Source of the DNA: an uncultured Candidatus Rokubacteria bacterium | GTDB lineage: Bacteria; Methylomirabilota; Methylomirabilia; Rokubacteriales; CSP1-6 | Length of the DNA stretch: 64,000 bases | Direction: 5' to 3' | NCBI GenBank assembly: GCA_963743355.1 | Contig: CAVUPM010000004.1 | Span: 131,845-195,844, forward strand | In this document: positions 17,816 through 26,729 of the stretch, in pieces | Numbering within the stretch: position 1 is the first letter of the stretch | How the letters are laid out: every line of letters begins with the position of its first letter | The notes under the pieces: model-generated | What the model was told of the DNA's origin: nothing | The model's database searches: none | What the model saw: the letters and a program-made list of their open reading frames with translations, nothing else | Translations under genes and position numbers: made by a program

Positions 17816-18918
17816 CGAATCGCCCGCGACCAGGCGTGCGACTCCCAGCCGTCGTGGAAGAGGGCGCGCACCTCGCGTTGCGTGAAGTCGCCGAGGCCGA
17901 GGTGATCGAGGGCCCGGCCGCCGGTGAGGTCGCGGCCGAGCAACGCGCCGAAGACCCCGAGGAGCCCGGACACCGCGGGCGTCGCCACCCCGGCCGTGCG
18001 TCCGGCCGACTCGAACAGGGTCAGCCCCAGCACCACGTCCTCGCTCACGTAGCGATGCTCGTAGGTCACGACCTCGCTCCAGAGGCCGCTGGCCACGAGC
18101 TTCTGCCGGGCGCCGGCGCCGTAGAGGCCCTCGGCGGCCCGCGCCTCGTCGTAGAGCGTCGCCTGCTCGTAGTGCGGCGCCGGGTAGCCGAGCCCCCGCC
18201 GCGAAGCCACCCGCTCGGCGTCCACGGCCTCGATGAGCCGCCGGGCGCTCGCCGTCGTGCCCGCCGCGTGGATGTCGAAGCGGCCGCCGTCGATCGCTCC
18301 CGCGTTCACCAGCACCAGGGGCGGGTGGATGACCACGCCGGCGTTGGTCAGTGCGGCGTCCAGCGCGTCGACGCAGGGCCGCGTCGCCGGGAACAGCGCC
18401 GTGATGCGCTCCAGCGCCACCTTCGAGCGCGACGCGGGGAACACGCCGACCGGCAGATTCACCGCGCGCACGGGCGCGGCGACCGACGTCGGTCCCGTCT
18501 TGCGCGTGAGATAGGGCAGCGTGCCGGTCTCGGCGAACGCCAGCGGCAGCGTGGCGCCCGCGCGAGCCAGGCCGCGCGCCAGCACGAAGGTGCCGAGCGT
18601 GCCCGGCGTCAGCACGACCACCTCGCGTCCGGTGAGCCGGCCGGCCAGGTGCTTGGCCAGATCGTCGTGGCTGGTCGCCGGCAGCGGCACCACGACGACC
18701 TCGGCGCCGTCCAGCGCCTCGCCCAGGTCGGCGGTGGCGCGATCGAGCCGGGCTTCGCCCTGGCGGCCCTCGCCGACGAGCGTGATCGTGCCGCCCTTGC
18801 GGACCGGGGCCAGGTCTTTCTCGGAGCGACGCCACAGCCGGACGCGGTGGCCGGCGAGGGCGAGGTCCGCCGCGGTCGCGTAGCCGCCGTTGCTTCCACC
18901 GAGGACGCTGATGTTCAC
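17812..18918 (-). CDS. NAD(P)-dependent octopine/nopaline dehydrogenase family protein
   Basis: 368 aa. It has an N-terminal Rossmann motif (ISVLGGSNGGYATAADLALAGHRV), and its length and C-terminal helical domain fit the opine dehydrogenase family. GTG start overlaps the upstream stop (GTGA). Confidence 0.7.
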   Translation of the reverse strand: MNISVLGGSNGGYATAADLALAGHRVRLWRRSEKDLAPVRKGGTITLVGEGRQGEARLDRATADLGEALDGAEVVVVPLPATSHDDLAKHLAGRLTGREVVVLTPGTLGTFVLARGLARAGATLPLAFAETGTLPYLTRKTGPTSVAAPVRAVNLPVGVFPASRSKVALERITALFPATRPCVDALDAALTNAGVVIHPPLVLVNAGAIDGGRFDIHAAGTTASARRLIEAVDAERVASRRGLGYPAPHYEQATLYDEARAAEGLYGAGARQKLVASGLWSEVVTYEHRYVSEDVVLGLTLFESAGRTAGVATPAVSGLLGVFGALLGRDLTGGRALDHLGLGDFTQREVRALFHDGWESHAWSRAIR

Positions 18919-20108
18919 CTCACCACTCCCTCTCGGCGGAGCGCGGCGAGGCGCTCGGCCGGGTATGCGAGCAATTCACTCAGCAACGCGTCCGTGTGCT
19001 CGCCGAGCCGCGGCGCCGCCGTCACCGGCCGCTCGGCCGCGCCGTCGATCTTGATCGGCGTTCCGAGCGTGGGCAGCGTACCGTGCCGCGGGTGCTCGAC
19101 GTCCACCACCATGCGGCGATGCCGCACCTGGGGATCCGACAGCACGCGGTCCACCGCCAGGATCGGGGCGGCGGGCGCGCCGGCTGCGTGCAGCCGCGCC
19201 AGCCAGTCCTCGGTCGTGCGCTCGCGAAACACCGCTTCCACCAGCGGCATCAGCACCTCGCGGTGGGCGAGGCGCTGGCGATTCGTCGCGAACCTCGGGT
19301 CAGCGGTCCACTCGGGGCGCTCGACCGCGCCGCAGAACCCACCCCAGAACTTCTCCGCGAAGACGGCGACGATCAAATGGCCGTCGCGCGTGGCGAGCGC
19401 CTGGTACGGCACGACCGAGGCGTGGCCGGAGCCCATCCGCCCCGGCACGCGGCCGTCGGCCCAGAAGTATTGCGCGATGTAGGTCAGCAGCGAGACCTGG
19501 CAATCGAGCAGCGAGAGGTCCACGTGCGCGCCCCGCCCGGTGCGGGAGCGGCGGAAGAGCGCGCCGGCCACCGCGAAGGCGCCGAACATCCCGCCGGCGA
19601 GGTCGCCCATCGGCAGCCCCATCCGCACCGGCCGTCCCCCTTCCTCGCCGGTGAGCGACATGGCCCCGCCCATCGCCTGCAGCGCGAGGTCGAACGCGGG
19701 CCAGTCGCGGTACGGACCGTCCTGACCGTAGGCCGAGATCGAGCACTGGATCAGCCCCGGGTTGACGCCGGCCAGCGTCGCGTAGGCCAGCCCCAGCCGC
19801 TCCATCACGCCCGGGCGGAAGTTCTCCCAGACCACGTCGGCGTGGGCGGCGAGCTCGAGGAAGACGTCGCGGCCGGCCGGGGTCGTGAGGTCGAGCGCGA
19901 CCGACTTCTTGTTGCGGTTGATCGACAGGAAGTACGCGCTCTCGCCCTCGGGCAGGAACGGCGGCCCCATCACGCGCATCGGATCGCCGCCGTCGGGCTC
20001 CTCGACCTTGATGACCTCGGCGCCCATGTCGGCCAGCAGCATCGAGCCGTAGGGCCCGGCCAGCATCCGGGAGAGATCGAGCACGCGTACGCCCTCGAAG
20101 AGGTTCAC
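18915..20108 (-). CDS. family III CoA-transferase (CaiB/BaiF type)
   Basis: 397 aa from a GTG start. The N-terminus is VRVLDLSRMLAGPYGSMLLADMGAEVIKVE, and the YATLAGVNPGLIQCSISAYGQDGP block is present. Confidence 0.9.
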   Translation of the reverse strand: MNLFEGVRVLDLSRMLAGPYGSMLLADMGAEVIKVEEPDGGDPMRVMGPPFLPEGESAYFLSINRNKKSVALDLTTPAGRDVFLELAAHADVVWENFRPGVMERLGLAYATLAGVNPGLIQCSISAYGQDGPYRDWPAFDLALQAMGGAMSLTGEEGGRPVRMGLPMGDLAGGMFGAFAVAGALFRRSRTGRGAHVDLSLLDCQVSLLTYIAQYFWADGRVPGRMGSGHASVVPYQALATRDGHLIVAVFAEKFWGGFCGAVERPEWTADPRFATNRQRLAHREVLMPLVEAVFRERTTEDWLARLHAAGAPAAPILAVDRVLSDPQVRHRRMVVDVEHPRHGTLPTLGTPIKIDGAAERPVTAAPRLGEHTDALLSELLAYPAERLAALRREGVVR

Positions 20109-20113
20109 GGGGC

Positions 20114-22375
20114 CTACGGTCGCCTCAGCGCCGCGTGCACGGCCGCCGGCGTGATCGGCAGCTCGGTGAAGCGCACGCCGATGGCGTTCTTCACCGCGTT
20201 GGCGATCGCCGCCGAGACCGGAATGACGCCCGACTCGCCCAGGCCCTTGGCGCCGAACGGGCCCTCGGACTCGCCGGATTCGATCAGGCGCACGACCAGC
20301 TCCGGCATGTCGTCGGCCTTGAGGATCGCGTAGTCCATGAACGATGCGGTCAGAATCTGGCCCTCCTGTACGACCAGGCGCTCGCTGAGCGCGTAGCCGA
20401 GGCCCATGTGGATGCCGCCGTGGATCTGGCCCTCGGCGGCCAGCGGGTTGAGCGCGCGGCCGACGTCGTGGGCGGAGACGATGCGCCGTACGCGGATGGC
20501 CCCGGTCGCCGCCTCGACGTCCAGCACCGCGGCCTGCGCCGCGAAGCCGTAGGTTGCCGAGACGTTGCCGCGCAGGTCCTTGTCGAGCATCTCCGTGGGC
20601 GGATCGTAGAACGCCTCGGCCACCAGCGTCTGGCCATGCTCGCGCAGATGCCCGGCGCGGACCGCCCGATCGTAGGCGATCCGCCGCTCCGGCTCGTCGC
20701 TCACGAAGATCCACCCGTCGGCGGCGCGCAGCCGCTCGGCCGGCGCCTCCAGCTCGCCGGCGGCCATGGCCAGGAGCTGGCCGCGCAGCTTCTCGGCGGC
20801 CAGGCGGGCGGCGTTGCCGGCGATGAACGTGGTGCGGCTGGCGTGGGCGCCGACGTCCCACGGCTTGACCGCGGTGTCGGAGTTCACGACGTCGATCCGC
20901 TCGAGCGGGATGCCGAGCGTCTCGGCCACGATCATCGCCAGCACGGTCTCCGAGCCCTGGCCGATCTCGGTCGCGCCCGTCAGCAGCGAGACGCGACCGA
21001 AGTCGTCCAGCTTCACGATGGCGCCGCAGCCGTCCGACCGGTAGATGCGCGCGCCACCGCCGACGTGGAACATGCCGGCGTAGCCGACGCCGCGCCGCCA
21101 GCCGGCCGCGACCGGCGGCAGGCCCTGCTCGACCGCCCCGGCCACGGCGTCCAGGCACTCGCCCATCGCACAGGAGGTGATGACGAAGCCCTGCGGGTTC
21201 ACGTCGCCGGGCTGGGTGGCATTACGCCGGCGGATCTCGAGCGGGGCCAGGCCGAGCCGGTCGGCCAGCTCGTCCATCTGGCTCTCGACGGCGAACGTCG
21301 ATTCCAGGTTGCCGTAGCCGCGCATCGAGCCCGAGTAGGGGTTGTTGGTGTAGGCGATCGTCGTGTCGAAGCGCACGGCCGGGCAGCGGTAGAGGCCGGC
21401 GACCGTCGAGAGCATCACGTACGGCGTGGTCGAGCCCCACGACACGTAGGCGCCGTTGTCGATGACGACGTGGCAGTCGCGCGCCAGCAGCCGGCCCTCG
21501 GCGTCGGCGGCCGTACGCAGCCGGATCGTGCACGGCTCCCGCGTGGGGCACGCGATGAACTCCTCGACGCGCTCGAACTCGATCTTGACGGGCCGGCGCG
21601 CCCGCCGGGCCAGCAGCGCGGCGATGACGTCGATCGGATAGAGGTCCAGCCCCCTGCCGAAATTGCCGCCGACCGGCGGCTGCAGCACGCGGATGCGGTC
21701 GCCGCCGATGCCCAGGGCCTGGGCCAGGTCTCGCTGGTAGAGGAACGGCACCTGGGTCGTGGACCACATGGTCAACCGGTCCTCGGCGTCCCAGTCGGCG
21801 ATCGCCACCATCGTGCCCAGGCAGGCCGGCGTCACGAAGTTCAACCGGAACTCGCCCTCGACGACGGCCGCCGCCCCGGCGAACGCGCGCTCGACGTCGC
21901 CGTGGCTGAACTGGTAGCGCAGGTCGGTGTGGTTGGTCGGCCGCTCCTCGTGCACCAGCGGCGCGCCCGGCCGCACGGCCGCCCGCGGGTCGAAGACGGC
22001 CGGCAGCTCCTCGTACTCGACCTCGATGAGGTCGAGCGCGGCCTCGGCGATGGCCGCGCTCTCGGCCGCCACCGCCGCCACCTCGTCGCGGACGCAGCGC
22101 ACCGTGTCCGTCTTCAGCGCGAGCTGGTCCCTGGCGAAGCCGAACGGATGCTGCTCGACCTCGACGCCGGTCAGCACCGCCAGCACGCCCGGCAGCGCCG
22201 CCGCGCGCGAGGTATCGATGCGCACGATGCGCGCGTGCGGGTGCGGTGATCGCAGGATCTTGCCGTGGGCGAGGCGCGGCAGCTCGAGGTCGTGCAGGTA
22301 GCGCGTGCGGCCGGTGACCTTGTCGGCCCCGTCGCGCTTGGGCACCCCCTTGCCGATGATGGCCAGCGTCGCCAT
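20114..22375 (-). CDS. molybdopterin-dependent hydroxylase large subunit (xanthine dehydrogenase/aldehyde oxidase/CoxL family)
   Basis: 753 aa. The N-terminus GKGVPKRDGADKVTGRTRYLHD opens the a/b hammerhead domain, followed by long MoCo-binding domains. No [2Fe-2S] or FAD domain is present in this ORF or in its neighbours. Confidence 0.88.
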   Translation of the reverse strand: MATLAIIGKGVPKRDGADKVTGRTRYLHDLELPRLAHGKILRSPHPHARIVRIDTSRAAALPGVLAVLTGVEVEQHPFGFARDQLALKTDTVRCVRDEVAAVAAESAAIAEAALDLIEVEYEELPAVFDPRAAVRPGAPLVHEERPTNHTDLRYQFSHGDVERAFAGAAAVVEGEFRLNFVTPACLGTMVAIADWDAEDRLTMWSTTQVPFLYQRDLAQALGIGGDRIRVLQPPVGGNFGRGLDLYPIDVIAALLARRARRPVKIEFERVEEFIACPTREPCTIRLRTAADAEGRLLARDCHVVIDNGAYVSWGSTTPYVMLSTVAGLYRCPAVRFDTTIAYTNNPYSGSMRGYGNLESTFAVESQMDELADRLGLAPLEIRRRNATQPGDVNPQGFVITSCAMGECLDAVAGAVEQGLPPVAAGWRRGVGYAGMFHVGGGARIYRSDGCGAIVKLDDFGRVSLLTGATEIGQGSETVLAMIVAETLGIPLERIDVVNSDTAVKPWDVGAHASRTTFIAGNAARLAAEKLRGQLLAMAAGELEAPAERLRAADGWIFVSDEPERRIAYDRAVRAGHLREHGQTLVAEAFYDPPTEMLDKDLRGNVSATYGFAAQAAVLDVEAATGAIRVRRIVSAHDVGRALNPLAAEGQIHGGIHMGLGYALSERLVVQEGQILTASFMDYAILKADDMPELVVRLIESGESEGPFGAKGLGESGVIPVSAAIANAVKNAIGVRFTELPITPAAVHAALRRP

Positions 22376-22392
22376 GCCCCCGCTCGCTTGCC

Positions 22393-23082
22393 TCAGGCCA
22401 GAGTGCCGACGCGCAGCCGCTCGTACAGCATGCTGAGCCACTCGGCCGACGCGGCGTCGCGCCACACCTGGAAGAACGGCGAGCCCAGCATCTCGGCGAA
22501 CTCGCGGGCGGCGCGCTGCTTCGTCTGCTCGGCCGTCTCGCCGGGCTTCGGCGCGGTCTGGGCGGCGCGCAGCCGATCCTTGCGGTAGACCAGCGGGAAC
22601 TCGATGTAGCGGTAGAGCTCCCGCATGTCGCTCGAGAAGAACACGATGACCGGGATCGACTGGAAGGTCTGGCCGTCGCGGCGGTTGAGGTACTGGGCCA
22701 TGAGGTCGGCATTCGGCGACTCGGGATCGGGCTCGGGCGCGCGGCTGAAGCGCTGGCCGTCGCGCGGGAAGATGCGCAGCTCGAGGCCGACCGCGTCGGC
22801 GACCCGGGCCAGCACCGGGATGTCGCGGCGGCAGTCCGACGACCATTCCTCGGAAAGGGCCAGCACCTTGGCCGGCCCGCCCGGTTGCCCGACCAGCCAC
22901 CTCCACGCGGCGCGCTGCGCCTCCGAGAGCTGGGCGGCATCGTACGCCTGGCGCAGGAAGTCGCTCCAGCTCGGGCTCCGCCCGGCGCCGGACCCCTCCC
23001 GCTTCAGGTTCTCGGGCGCCGCCGTGTAGGCGACGTACTGGTCGAACGACATGCCCTTGCCGAACCGCTCTGCGCTCACCAT
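22393..23082 (-). CDS. thioredoxin-fold family protein (function unknown)
   Basis: About 229 aa. The block VLALSEEWSSDCRRDIPVLARV resembles thioredoxin-like proteins with a single Cys. The start is either 23082 (overlapping the mutase stop) or 23052. Confidence 0.6.
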   Translation of the reverse strand: MVSAERFGKGMSFDQYVAYTAAPENLKREGSGAGRSPSWSDFLRQAYDAAQLSEAQRAAWRWLVGQPGGPAKVLALSEEWSSDCRRDIPVLARVADAVGLELRIFPRDGQRFSRAPEPDPESPNADLMAQYLNRRDGQTFQSIPVIVFFSSDMRELYRYIEFPLVYRKDRLRAAQTAPKPGETAEQTKQRAAREFAEMLGSPFFQVWRDAASAEWLSMLYERLRVGTLA

Positions 23083-24671
23083 TTCACCGGCTCCTTGTGC
23101 TCGCCGAACACGCTCCTCATCGCCTGGCAGATCTCGCCCAGCGTCGCGTACGCCTTCACCGCCTCGACGATGGGCGGCATCAGGTTGCCGGTGCCACGCG
23201 CCTCGGCGGCGAGGCGTCGCAGCGCCGCCTGCGCCACGCCATCGTCCCGCTCGCGGCGCACCCGCGCCAGCTTCGCCAGCTGGGTCTCGGACACCTTCGG
23301 GTCGAAGGCGTACAGCTCCACGTCCTGGTCCGCCTCGGCCGGGCGGTCGCCCACGTGACAGTTGACCGCCACCTTGGGGATCTCGCCGGAGCCCATCGCC
23401 TGCTCGAACCGGTAGGCCTGGCGCGCGACCTCGGCCTGGAGGGCGCCGCTCTTCACGGCTTCCACGATGCCACCCATGCGCTCGACCGCCGCCAGCTCCT
23501 GGACGATCTTCGCCTCCATCTCGTTGGTGAGCGCCTCGACGTAGTAGGAGCCGGCCAGCGGATCCACGGTGTCGGCGGCGCCCGATTCCTCCGCGCAGAT
23601 CTGCATGGTCCGGAGCGCGATGAGCTGGGCCTTGGGCGACGGGATCGTGTAGGCCTCGTCGTAGGTGGGCAGCGCCATCGTCTGGGCGCCACTGAGCGCG
23701 CCGGCCAGCGCGATGTAGGCGCCGCGCACGATGTTGTTCTCCGGCTCCTGCATGGTGAAGGCGGAGCCACCGCCGCCGATGAGCGAGCGGAACATCCACG
23801 ACTTGGGATTCTGCGCGCCAAACCGCTCGCGCAGCATCCGGGCGTAGAGCCGGCGGCCGGCCCGGAACTTCGCGACCTCCTCGAAGATCTTGCCCCACGC
23901 GGTGAAGTTGAACGAGATGCGCGGCGCGAACTCGTCCACGTCCATGCCGCGCGCCACCATCATCTCCACGTAGGCGGCCGCGATGGCCAGGCCGTACGCC
24001 ATCTCCTGGGCGGTCGTGCAGCCGGCCTCGCGGATGTGGTAGCCGCACACCGAGACCGGGTTGGAGCGGGGGAAGTGGCGGGCCGAGAACTCGATGAGGT
24101 CGCCGACCAGCCGCAGCGAGGGCTCGACCGGGTAGATCCAGGTGCCGCGCGCGACGAACTCCTTGAGGATGTCGTTCTGCGGCGTGGTGACGACGCGGTC
24201 GGCGGCCGCGCCCTGCTTCTCGGCCACGGCGTAGTACATCGCGGTGATCGGCGCCGCCATGCCGTTGATGGTGAGTGAGACGCTGACGCGGTCGAGCGGG
24301 ATGCCGTCGAACGCCGCCTCCATGTCGGCCAGCGTGTCGATCGCCATCCCCACCCGGCCGACCTCGCCCTCGGCCTTGGGGTCATCGGAGTCGAGGCCGA
24401 GCTGGGTCGGCAGGTCGAAGGCGACGTTGAGCGCGTCCTGCCCGTGCGCCATCAGGTACTTGAAGCGGGCGTTCGTTTCTTCCGGCGTGCCGAAGCCGAT
24501 GTACTGGCGCATCGTCCAGAGACGATCGCGGTACATGTGTTTGTGGATACCGCGCGTGTAGGGATACTCGCCCGGCTGCCCGATGTCGCGCGCGACGTCG
24601 CGTCCGGCCAGGTCCTCGGGACCATAGACCGGCTTGACCGGGATGCCCGCGTGCAGCGTCACGTCTCTCAT
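23076..24671 (-). CDS. acyl-CoA mutase large (substrate-binding) subunit, methylmalonyl-CoA mutase family
   Basis: 531 aa with [40 protein letters not shown] and [13 protein letters not shown] blocks. It lacks a B12-binding domain, which is encoded separately at 28122-28502. Confidence 0.92.
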   Translation of the reverse strand: MRDVTLHAGIPVKPVYGPEDLAGRDVARDIGQPGEYPYTRGIHKHMYRDRLWTMRQYIGFGTPEETNARFKYLMAHGQDALNVAFDLPTQLGLDSDDPKAEGEVGRVGMAIDTLADMEAAFDGIPLDRVSVSLTINGMAAPITAMYYAVAEKQGAAADRVVTTPQNDILKEFVARGTWIYPVEPSLRLVGDLIEFSARHFPRSNPVSVCGYHIREAGCTTAQEMAYGLAIAAAYVEMMVARGMDVDEFAPRISFNFTAWGKIFEEVAKFRAGRRLYARMLRERFGAQNPKSWMFRSLIGGGGSAFTMQEPENNIVRGAYIALAGALSGAQTMALPTYDEAYTIPSPKAQLIALRTMQICAEESGAADTVDPLAGSYYVEALTNEMEAKIVQELAAVERMGGIVEAVKSGALQAEVARQAYRFEQAMGSGEIPKVAVNCHVGDRPAEADQDVELYAFDPKVSETQLAKLARVRRERDDGVAQAALRRLAAEARGTGNLMPPIVEAVKAYATLGEICQAMRSVFGEHKEPVKW

Positions 24672-24686
24672 GTGGTCACCTCCGAC

Positions 24687-25129
24687 TCAGGCTGCGAGAA
24701 ACCGTTCGACAACCGCCAGCGTCTCGGCCATCCGCTCGCGGCGGCGCCAGAGGGCCTCGTACCACCGACCACTCCAGCCGCCGATCCCCCGTAGCGACCA
24801 CATCCACGTGTTGAACAGCACCAGGCGGCGGACTTCTCGGGATGCGCGACCGCGTAGGCCAGCCTGATCGGGCCGCCGAAGTCGTGCACCACCAGCGTGA
24901 GGTCCTTCAGCTCGAGCGTGTCGATCACCTGGGCCAGGATACGCGCCTGGTCCTGCGGACGGTATGACCAGCCGGCCGGCCGCCCACTCAGGCCAAAGCC
25001 GAGGTGGTCGGGCACCACGCACCGGTATCGGTCGCCCAGCCCCTTCACCAGGTGGCGGTAGAGAAACGACCACGTCGGCGTGCCGTGAACCATGAGGATC
25101 GTCGGCCGGTCGAGCCAGGCAGGCGTCAC
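24687..25129 (-). pseudogene. decayed alpha/beta hydrolase (haloalkane-dehalogenase-like)
   Basis: The N-terminal part (ILMVHGTPTWSFLYR ... VVHDFGGPI ... AHPE) is in one frame. The continuation VRRLVLFNTWMWSL...VVERFLAA is in another frame. Total length is about 155 aa and no catalytic His region is present. Confidence 0.7.
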
Positions 25130-25385
25130 ACTGGCGGTCCTTCGGTCTCATGTTTCGTGGGGTGGCTTCAGGCTAGGCCGCGCTCGCCGGAGTTGTCAAA
25201 TGAGCCGAACCACCCGCGCCGCCCGGACTATGCCCAAACGGCCCAGCCGCCGTGCCGTTCGACCCTGGAGCCGCACCGCCGGCGCGCCCATAGTAATGAG
25301 AAAAAAGGAAGGCGGCGGAGCTATGGCCGAAGGCGCTCGAGACGTGCTGCAGCTGCATGGTCGGCGCGGCGGCTGGAGGACGACC

Positions 25386-26729
25386 ATGGGTGAACCGAGA
25401 TCGACGTATCGAGCGCTCGTCGCGACCGTGGTGCTGAGTCTGCTCGTCTGGCCGCCCGGACCGACCTCCGGCGGCGGACACGTCCGCCCACCGGCGGTCG
25501 ACGTCCTGCCCAACGGGCTCACCCTCATCGTGCAAGATCATCGCGCGGCCGACATCGTCGCCGTCTACCTCTGGGTGGCGACGGGCGTGCGCTACGAGAG
25601 CCCGGAGACGCTCGGCCATGCGCACTTCCAGGAGCACATGCTCTTCAAGGGCACGGACACGTTCGGCCCGGGCTACATCGACCGCACGGTGGAGGGCACG
25701 GGCGGACGCTCCAACGCGTTCACGACGTTCGACTACACGACCTTCCAGGTCCAGGTGCCGAGCGAGGCGACGGCGACCGGCATCCAGCTGCTCGAGGAGA
25801 TGGCGTTCCACTCGAAGTTCGACCCCAAGGAGATCGACGCCGAGCGCCAGGTCATCTTCGAGGAAGACCCGCATCGAGACCGACAACCCCCGGACGGCCA
25901 GCCTTGCGCCAGATGTACGGCATGGTGTTCGCGGACCATCCGTACGGCCGGCCCGTGCTCGGCACGCCGGCCACGATGAACGCGGCGACGCAGGACGAAT
26001 CTGAAGGCGTTCAATCATCGGTACTACACGCCCGAGAACGTGACGCTCGTGGTGGTGGGTCCCGTCGACGCCAAGGCCGTCCGCGCCATGGTGGACCGCA
26101 CCTTCGGCCAGCGCCCCCGAACGGGGTACACGCCGCCGGCCGCGCCCGCCGCTGGCGCCCATCACGACGATCGTGCGGCGCACGGTGGAGCGGCCGGAGC
26201 AGCAGGCGTATCTGGTGCTGGGCTGGCAAGCGCCCAGCCTCGCCGACCCGGACAGCCTGCCGCTCGATCTGCTCGCCACCATCCTGGCGGGCAGCGAGAG
26301 CTCGCGCATGGCCAGGACCCTCCGCGACGGCGAGCGGATCGTGACCCGGATCACCATGAGCAACTCCACGTTGCAGCTGTCGGGCATGCTCTACGTCCAG
26401 GCGCAGCTCGAGGCGGGTGACGTCGAGAAGGTCGAGCGACGGATCCTCGAGGAGATCGCCCGCCTGCAGCAGGAGGGGCCCACCGAGGAGGAGCGGGAGC
26501 TGGCGATCACCAAGGCGGAGTCCGAGCACGCCTTCGCCTACGAGACCTCCGACGGCGTGGCCTCGGCGTACGGCATCGCGCATCACGACGGCCAAGCTCG
26601 ACGACGAGCTGCGCTATATCGAGCGGCTCCGGACCGTGACCCGCGAGCAGATCCGCGATGCGGCCGCGCAAGTATCTGCCCGTGACCGCCTACGCCTACA
26701 TCGCCTTCGTGCCGAGGAAAGCGCCATGA
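25386..26729 (+). pseudogene. M16 family zinc peptidase (active HxxEH subunit) disrupted by six +1 frameshifts
   Basis: The HFQEH zinc motif is present. Recognisable M16 sequence continues through seven frame segments. The junctions are near 25866, 25903, 26000, 26145, 26581 and 26669. The final stop overlaps the next gene's ATG (ATGA at 26726-26729). Confidence 0.8.

Noticed and set aside
22393-24048. 551-aa minus-strand ORF
   Set aside because: A chimera. Only the C-terminal ~229 residues (the thioredoxin-fold protein) are plausible. The upstream part is an out-of-frame reading of the mutase gene.
24672-25400. Cobalamin riboswitch upstream of the mutase gene
   Set aside because: I could not find a B12-box-like element. 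The region is occupied by the hydrolase remnant.
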